From positions 124,001-188,000 of the forward strand of contig CBFDEM010000064.1 in assembly GCA_965603825.1 (NCBI GenBank): a stretch of DNA of 64,000 bases, in the 5' to 3' direction. This document shows positions 56,454 to 64,000 of the stretch, piece after piece. Every line of letters begins with the position of its first letter. The first letter of the stretch is position 1. The notes under the pieces are model-generated. The model made no database searches, was not told the origin of the DNA, and saw only the letters and a program-made list of their open reading frames with translations. This stretch comes from Blepharisma stoltei ATCC 30299. Lineage: Eukaryota > Protista > Ciliophora. The position numbers and the translations under genes were made by a program.

Positions 56454-58698
56454 ATGGAACCAGCAAAAGTGATAACATTTCTAATTGCTATCTATGTTAT
56501 TTGGCTAGTGATTTACGTCCCAGAACCACTTGAATACTTCCGAGAGCGATTTCCAGAAAAATATAATGCTTCCAATAAAAATATCCGCACCACAACTCCG
56601 TCTTATAAAGTAACTTTTATTTAGAAAGGAAGCATAGATGATTCTCCTAATCAAGATCCTTTGTGCTCAGAGAATTGTTCATGGAGTACGTACATAAGCA
56701 ACGAAGAATTTTTAGCAAAAAATCTAATACAGAAAGAATTCTCCATAAATGATACTGATACGCTTTATGAAAGCCATGAGGGAGCTTACTGCATACCTGA
56801 AATTTTTGGATATTCAGCAAAGGAAGGTGAAAGGGTGTTTCCTCCTCACGAGTACCCCACCTGCGATATTTTGACTGAAAATGCACCGATTATGTCTTTT
56901 GATCTCTCTCAGAACAAATTTACTATGGAATGTGACGGGAAAAGCAAAGGATATTATATTTTAGAGCCAAAGAGGTCAAAAAACTCTCTTTATATGAAGC
57001 AAGAAATGACCAAAATGTGGGAAATTAAAGAATATGATAGCCCAGTTACACTAAAGCATAATGAAGAATTTGCTATTGGATCTTGTGATGGCAAAAAATG
57101 AAATGGCGCTATTTATATGCCGAGATTTAATGAAACAGCTTACAACAGAACTAAGGAAAGAATGAAAGAATTATCTGATAAAACTGGGGTGTTTCACAGG
57201 CCTCAAATAGTTTTTATGTTAACTATAGACAGCTTTTCAAGAAGACATTTTTTCAGAAAACTGCCAAAAACAGTCGAATTATTGAACTCGCTTGGAAACT
57301 CAAAATATTCAATATTTGACTTCAAAATCCACAATGTATTTGGTGCCACATCAGTTGAAAACATGGTTCCAGTATTTGGAAGTAATGCTCTATATAGATC
57401 ATACCAATGTAAAAATACATGATAATCCACCCTTGAAAGACTATCTCGGCCCAGCTGCCTTGTGAAACAAGTTCAGAGATATGGGATACATCACGTATCT
57501 AGGGTTCGAAGACTGTGATTATTATTTTCCAAAGTCAATAGGAAGATATCCTCAAGCTGATCACATTACAAGGTCATTTTATTGTGCAGGGTTTGAATTT
57601 ATGGATCTCAAAATGAGAAAGCAAAATACCGTGCAGAGATGCATGGGAGAGCACATGTCCCATTATTATATCCTTAATTATACCAAAGAATTCACAAATT
57701 TGTATAAGGATCTTAATCAATGGATTTACATTCATATAAATACAGCTCATGAAGAAACAGGGCTTCATGCTACAACTCTTGACCCAGATCTAAGTAATTT
57801 CCTTAAAAATTACTTAAGAGAATACGAAGACACTCATGATGTGGTAATATATTTGCATGCAGACCATGGAATGCGATATGGAAACTGGTTCAAAGATATA
57901 GAAGCTTACCAAGAAGTGAAGCTCCCTTCTTTATTTTTGATCGCGTCTAATTCACTGCTTGACCGAATCCCATACTCTTATGATTCTTTATCCCACAACG
58001 CAAAGAGCCTTACTACAAAAATTGATCTGCGGCCTACCAGCTTATTTCTTTCAGGGCTGCCATACGATATCGAGTATCCAGTATACGATGAGCCATATAG
58101 CAAGCCGTATATAGTTCTTTTCAATCAAAAAGTCAATGGAAATAGAACTTGTTATGACTTAGGCATCCATCCTCTTCATTGTTCATGCTTAGTCCTCAAA
58201 GAAATCGACCCATCATATTATGATCTTAATTCTGACAATGAGCTAAATGTGCTGCTAAAAAGAATAGTCACAGAAACTATCGTGGCCATTAATTCTGAAG
58301 TTTTCACACCTACAGGAATTATAGGAAACTCTATATGCCAAAAATTGACCTTAAAATCTATACAAAAAGCTTTTGGGCTGCAATTGACATCAGTTTTAGA
58401 GGAAATTCAAATACAATTTAATGTGAATGAAAGCGAAAAAGCATTGTTTGAAGTGTATGCTCTTGTAGGATCAAGCCAAAGAACTTCGATATTACGAAAT
58501 ATAGGAGGACAAGGTGCAGCAATACCTTCTGTATATTTAGATTATAGAATTAGAATTAAAACGATTGGGATCAGCAGAAAAGATGCATATGCAGGACCAT
58601 GTGAAAATTTGAGCAGGGCGAATAATATTAATGCAGAATATTGCATTTGCAAGGATTTTGAGGAAATTAAGCAGAGTTACCCTAAGCTATTTGATTAA
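56454..58698 (+). CDS. DUF229-like protein, copy 3; introns 56610-56624 (15 nt) and 57382-57397 (16 nt)
   Basis: Same motifs; spliced length is divisible by 3 and frames join. Confidence 0.88.
56610..56624 (+). other. 15-nt spliceosomal intron
   Basis: gtaacttttatttag. Confidence 0.88.
57382..57397 (+). other. 16-nt spliceosomal intron
   Basis: gtaatgctctatatag; required to restore the frame. Confidence 0.88.
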
Positions 58699-58737
58699 TA
58701 TTTTAGAATAAATAAAAGTGAAAAAGTTAATAAAGCA

Positions 58738-59711
58738 TTACCATATTAATGTGTTAACGTCCAAAGGCTTGAAATCACGAAATACGTTTGAGCATACAGG
58801 AAACTCTCGAATTTCTACATTATAAAACTGAGAAATTGAAGATTCAAGATTTCCAAGAACTTCTCGATGAATCTTGGCTGGCCTCCTCCATTCAAGCATC
58901 CAGTAGGACAAGCCATAATTTCTACATACGAATAATCAAGCTTTCCTTGCTTAATCATCCTTACGTATTTTGGATATTCTGAAATCCACTTGCAAAGCAA
59001 AATTTCAAATCACGATACTCCATTTCTAATAAATCTCTTCTTCGAGTTGTTTTTATTTCAATCGTTGGGATCTCACCATAGAGATTTTCACAAGCTTTTA
59101 TAAAAATAAATTCTCCATAGCCAAGCGATCCAGATTTATGCTTTGTAGAGGAATAGAAAAGAGGTGCTTCAGGATCGGGAATGGCGTTTAAGAAGTCATT
59201 TTCATTCAGAAACTCTAACAACTCAGTAGTTGTGAGCACCAAATCGACTCCTTTTTCCATTACCGCTTCTAATTTTTTATCAAAACAAGGCATCACAGTC
59301 ACATTATAAAAATCCTGCAATGAATTTATCTCAATTTGTATCATCATAGGTGTTTTTATTCTTGAAAGACAAGGTAAAATGCACTCATCTGTTTTTTTCT
59401 CTGCAAAAAGCACAAATCCTGGGCACTCAGAGCATAATATCGGTAATCGAGATTCTCTAAACCTTTCTAAGAATTCTTGAGATGCTGCATTCAGTGATAT
59501 ATCTCTGGCTAAATTCACATTAAGGACCCTTTCGACTCCCAAAGATTTCAGCTTCCCTGAGATTTTATTGAAAGCCTCTTGAGGGGAAATATTGAAATAT
59601 TTAGAAATTGCAAAAATTGTTTGCTGAGATAGGGAAATTGCCATTCTCATTTGGCCAAGATTTTTTCTAAAAATTTCTAAGGAATGCTGCTCAAGAAAAA
59701 CAGCACTAGAT
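58738..59711 (-). pseudogene. 5'-truncated, frameshifted NAR1/CIAO3 copy
   Basis: Lacks the N-terminal Cys cluster; two 1-nt deletions relative to the intact copy (near 58966 and 58868). Confidence 0.88.
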
Positions 59712-60058
59712 TAAAGTCTATTCAAAAAGCTTTTGGACTTCAATTAGCATCTGTCCTAGAAGAAGTCCAAATACAGTTTGATGTAAACGAGAGCGAGACA
59801 GCGCTTTTTGAAGTTTATGCGCTTATAGGATCAAACCCAAGTATTGAGATATTGAGAAATGCTGGGGGACAAGGGGCAACTATACCTTTTGTGTATTTAG
59901 GTTATAGAGTTAGAATAAAAATAATAGGAATTAAAAGGAAAGATGCATATGCAGGACCATGCGAAAATTTGAGCAGAGCAAATGGCATTAACGCGGAATA
60001 TTGCATTTGCAAAGAATTCGAAGAAATTAAGAAGAAATTTCCAATATTATTTCAATAA
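59710..60058 (+). pseudogene. Orphan 3' fragment of DUF229 copy 2 at the duplication junction
   Basis: LKSIQKAFGLQL...FPILFQ matches 55693-56041; the apparent ATG at 59684 comes from NAR1 antisense sequence. Confidence 0.85.
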
Positions 60059-60472
60059 TTCATATTTACGAAAAAGCAAATATAATAGAACTAAAATACA
60101 TATAAAATTAAAAAATTCAGATATAGTCATTTGAGGAGGTAATAAAATCACTGGTGAAAGCTTATAATTAGTGTTAATGCATTGATATGAATATATCCAA
60201 ACAGTCTTTTTACTATACAAATAAAGTGCCAGTTTATTAATTTTTAGACTATATTTAATTCGTGCAACAGCCTATCAATTTTAACTCAAAATAAATATAA
60301 AGTTAGAGAAAATTTTGTTATTGCTGAAAATATGGGTAGAATAAAAAGGGATTTTAGATTTCTCACCTCTTTATACTAAACCTCATATTAATATAAACCA
60401 ATATTTACTATTAAACTTTTCATATCTTTTCTCTCATGTTATACAAATTAATCTATAATTATTTTGTCATTT

Positions 60473-62720
60473 ATGGAACCAGCAAAGGTTTTAACATTTC
60501 TAATTGCGATCTTTGTTATTTGGCTGGTTATTTATGTCCCAGAACCACTTGAATACTTCCACCGACTCCGACTTCCAGAAAAATATAATGCTTCCAATAA
60601 AAATATCCGCACCACAACTCCGTCTTATAAAGTAACTTTTATTTAGAAAGGAAGCATAGATGATTCTCCTAATCAAGATCCTTTGTGCTCAGAGAACTGT
60701 TCATGGAGTACGTACATAAGCAACGAAGAATTTTTAGCAAAAAATCTAATACAGAAAGAATTCTCCATAAATGATACTGATACGCTTTATAAAAGCCATG
60801 AGGGAGCTTACTGCATACCTGAAATTTTTGGATATTCAGTAAAGGAAGGTGAAAGGGTGTTTCCTCCTCACGAGTACCCCACCTGCGATATTTTAACTGA
60901 AAATGCACCGACTATGTCTTTTGATCTCTCTCAGAGCAAATTTACTATGGAATGTGACGGGAAAAGCAAAGGATATTATATTTTAGAGCCAAAGAGGTCA
61001 AAAAACTCTCTTTATTTGAAGACAGAAATGACCAAAATGTGGGAAATTAAAGAATATGATAGCCCAGTTACACTAAAGCATAATGAAGAATTTGCTATTG
61101 GATCTTGTGATGGCAAAAAATGAAATGGCGCTATTTATATGCCGAGATTTAATGAAACAGCTTACAACAGAACTAAGGAAAGAATGAAAGAATTATCTGA
61201 TAAAACTGGGGTGTTTCACAGGCCTCAAATAGTTTTTATGTTAACTATAGACAGCTTTTCAAGAAGGCATTTTTTCAGAAAACTGCCGAAAACAGTCGAA
61301 TTATTGAACTCGCTTGGAAACTCAAAATATTCAATATTTGACTTCAAAATCCACAATGTATTTGGTTCTAATTCAGTTGATAACATGATTCCTGTGTTTG
61401 GAAGTAATGCTCTATATAGATCATACCAATGTAGAAATACATGAAAGTCCACCTTTGAAAGACTTTCTCGGTCCAGCAGCCTTGTGAAACAAGTTCAGAG
61501 ATATGGGATACATCACGTATCTAGGGTTCGAAGACTGTGATTATTATTTTCCAAAATCAATAGGAAGATATCCTCAAGCTGATCACATTACAAGGTCATT
61601 TTATTGTGCAGGGTTTGAATTTATGGATCTCAAAATGAGAAAGCAAAATACCGTGCAGAGATGCATGGGAGAGCACATGTCCCATTATTATATCCTTAAT
61701 TATACCAAAGAATTCACAAATTTGTATAAGGATATTAATCAATGGATTTACATTCATATAAATACAGCCCATGAAGAAACAGGGCTTCATGCTACAACTC
61801 TTGACCCAGATCTAAGTAATTTCCTTAAAAATTACTTAAGAGAATACGAAGACACTCATGATGTGGTAATATATTTGCATGCAGACCACGGAATGCGATA
61901 TGGAAACTGGTTCAAAGATATAGAAGCTTACCAAGAAGTGAAGCTCCCTTCTTTATTTTTGATCGCGTCTAATTCACTGCTTGACCGAATCCCATACTCT
62001 TATGATTCTTTATCTCACAACGCAAAGAGTCTTACTACAAAAATTGATCTGCGGCCTACCAGCTTATTTCTTTCAGGGCTGCCATACGATATCGAGTATC
62101 CAGTATACGATGAGCCATATAGCAAGCCGTATATAGTTCTTTTCAATCAAAAAGTCAATGGAAATAGAACTTGTTATGACTTAGGCATCCATCCTCTTCA
62201 TTGTTCATGCTTAGTCCTCAAAGAAATCGACCCATCATATTATGATCTTAATTCTGACAACGAGCTAAACATGCTGCTAAAAAGAATAGTCACAGAAACT
62301 ATCGTGGCCATTAATTCTGAAGTCTTCACACCTACAGGAATTATAGGAAACTCTATATGCAAAAAATTGACCTTAAAATCTATACAAAAAGCTTTTGGGC
62401 TGCAATTGACATCAGTTTTAGAGGAAATTCAAATACAGTTTAATGTGAATGAAAGCGAAAAAGCATTGTTTGAAGTGTATGCTCTTGTAGGATCAAGCCA
62501 AAGAACTTCGATATTCCGAAATATAAGAGGGAAAGGAGCACCAATACCTTCTGTATATTTAGATTATAGAATTAGAATTAAAACAATTGGGATCAACAGA
62601 AAAGATGCATATGCAGGACCATGTGAAAATTTGAGCAGGGCGAATAACATTAATGCAGAATATTGCATTTGCAAGGATTTTGAGGAAATTAAGCAGAGTT
62701 ACCCTAAGCTATTTGATTAA
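60473..62720 (+). CDS. DUF229-like protein, copy 4; introns 60632-60646 (15 nt) and 61404-61419 (16 nt)
   Basis: Near-identical to copy 3. Confidence 0.88.
60632..60646 (+). other. 15-nt spliceosomal intron
   Basis: gtaacttttatttag. Confidence 0.88.
61404..61419 (+). other. 16-nt spliceosomal intron
   Basis: gtaatgctctatatag. Confidence 0.88.
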
Positions 62721-62759
62721 TATTTTAGAATAAATAAAAGTGAAAAAGTTAATAAAGCA

Positions 62760-63893
62760 TTACCATATTAATGTGTTTACGTCCAAAGGCTTGAAATCAC
62801 GAAATACGTTTGAGCATATAGGAAGTTCTCGAATTTCTTCATTATAAAACTGAGAAATTGAAGATTCAAGATTTCCAAGAACTTCTCGATCGAATCTTGG
62901 CTGGCCTCCTCCATTCAAGCATCCAGTAGGACAAGCCATAATTTCTACATACGAATAATCAAGCTTTCCTTGCTTAATCATCCTTACGATATTTTGGATA
63001 TTCTGAAATCCACTTGCAAAGCAAAATTTCAAATCACGATACTCCATTTCTAATAAATCTCTTCTTCGAGTTGTTTTTATTTCAATCGTTGGGATCTCAC
63101 CATAGAGATTTTCACAAGCTTTTATAAAAATAAATTCTCCATAGCCAAGCGATCCAGATTTATGCTTTGTAGAGGAATAGAAAAGAGGTGCTTCAGGATC
63201 GGGAATGGCGTTTAAGAAGTCATTTTCATTCAGAAACTCTAACAACTCAGTAGTTGTGAGCACCAAATCGACTCCTTTTTCCATTACCGCTTCTAATTTT
63301 TTATCAAAGCAAGGCATCACAGTCACATTATAAAAATCCTGCAATGAATTTATCTCAATTTGTATCATCATAGGTGTTTTTATTCTTGAAAGACAAGGTA
63401 AAATGCACTCATCTGTTTTTTTCTCTGCAAAAAGCACAAATCCTGGGCACTCAGAGCATAATATCGGTAATCGAGATTCTCTAAACCTTTCTAAGAATTC
63501 TTGAGATGCTGCATTCAGTGATATATCTCTGGCTAAATTCATATTAAGGACCCTTTCGACTCCCAAAGATTTCAGCTTTCCTGAGATTTTATTGAAAGCC
63601 TCTTGAGGGGAAATATTGAAATATTTAGAAATTGCAAAAATTGTTTGCTGAGATAAGGAAATTGCCATTCTCATTTGGCCAAGATTTTTTCTAAAAATTT
63701 CTAAGGAATGCTGCTCAAGAAAAACAGCGCTAGATGAAGTAACGCAGCCGCTGCAAGCTAAGCAATCACTTAAACTCACCTGAGCTGTCTGAGCAGAACT
63801 TGTTTTAATCATTGAAGAGTGTACGGAACAATTTGCTGAAGGATTCAAAAAATCGTTCAGATCTGTGATTTTAACAATCCCTGAGAACTCCAT
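62760..63893 (-). CDS. NAR1: Cytosolic Fe-S assembly component NAR1/NARFL/CIAO3 (hydrogenase-like)
   Basis: [56 protein letters not shown], terminal W. Confidence 0.95.
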   Translation of the reverse strand: MEFSGIVKITDLNDFLNPSANCSVHSSMIKTSSAQTAQVSLSDCLACSGCVTSSSAVFLEQHSLEIFRKNLGQMRMAISLSQQTIFAISKYFNISPQEAFNKISGKLKSLGVERVLNMNLARDISLNAASQEFLERFRESRLPILCSECPGFVLFAEKKTDECILPCLSRIKTPMMIQIEINSLQDFYNVTVMPCFDKKLEAVMEKGVDLVLTTTELLEFLNENDFLNAIPDPEAPLFYSSTKHKSGSLGYGEFIFIKACENLYGEIPTIEIKTTRRRDLLEMEYRDLKFCFASGFQNIQNIVRMIKQGKLDYSYVEIMACPTGCLNGGGQPRFDREVLGNLESSISQFYNEEIRELPICSNVFRDFKPLDVNTLIW

Positions 63894-64000
63894 AATTTGC
63901 AAATTATTTTAATATTAAATTAATGATTGGAGAAATATGAATTTTTAAATAAATTACAAGGAAGTATTAAATATTTTTTTATTTAATCAAATTAAAACAA

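Larger units (their letters stand above)
55693..63735. repeat. Tandem segmental duplication, about 4.02-kb unit (55693-59709 and 59710-63735)
   Basis: Near-identical DUF229 3' end, intergenic DNA, whole DUF229 gene and NAR1 3' part occur twice; junction ...cagcactag(at)taaagtctattc... Confidence 0.93.

Noticed and set aside
59684-60058. Novel chimeric gene at the duplication junction
   Set aside because: ATG is fortuitous NAR1 antisense sequence; the fragment lacks the TM and catalytic motifs
62760-63893. [FeFe]-hydrogenase implying hydrogenosomal metabolism
   Set aside because: N-terminal DLNDF..PS..C / SLSDCLACSGC and the terminal Trp are NAR1/CIAO3 signatures

Overview
AT-rich, very gene-dense eukaryotic DNA, most likely the somatic (macronuclear) genome of a heterotrich ciliate, best fit Blepharisma. 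Two features point to this. First, in-frame TGA repeatedly aligns with TGG in tandem paralogs and with conserved Trp positions, so UGA encodes Trp while TAA/TAG are stops. Second, the introns found are 15-16 nt GT..TAG. The supplied ORF track uses the standard code and no splicing, so it fragments many genes. Re-reading with UGA=Trp and splicing gives about 40 protein genes: ciliary/centrosomal (Tctex1-like, IFT54, MKS1, CEP95-like, GCP4), chromatin (SDG2/ATXR3-like SET, BAH-PHD, HP1-like), cell cycle (DP, NUF2, DYRK, a Cip/Kip-like motif gene), ribosome biogenesis (SPB1, MRT4), Fe-S (CISD3-like, NAR1), an OSCA/TMEM63 channel, and tandem paralogs (PX proteins, purple acid phosphatases, four DUF229-like genes). 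A 4.0-kb tandem duplication at the right end left a NAR1 pseudogene and a DUF229 fragment. The most notable observations are: a U2AF65-like protein lacking RRM2 and the ULM tryptophan; a RING-TRAF-ZZ-ZZ-NBR1(FW) fusion; a lectin-like insert in GCP4; a histidine pseudophosphatase; a 635-bp insertion flanked by a 12-13 bp direct repeat; a hairpin-dense intergenic ncRNA candidate; and neighbouring genes only 0-17 bp apart. All family calls are by motif recognition; no database searches were run.
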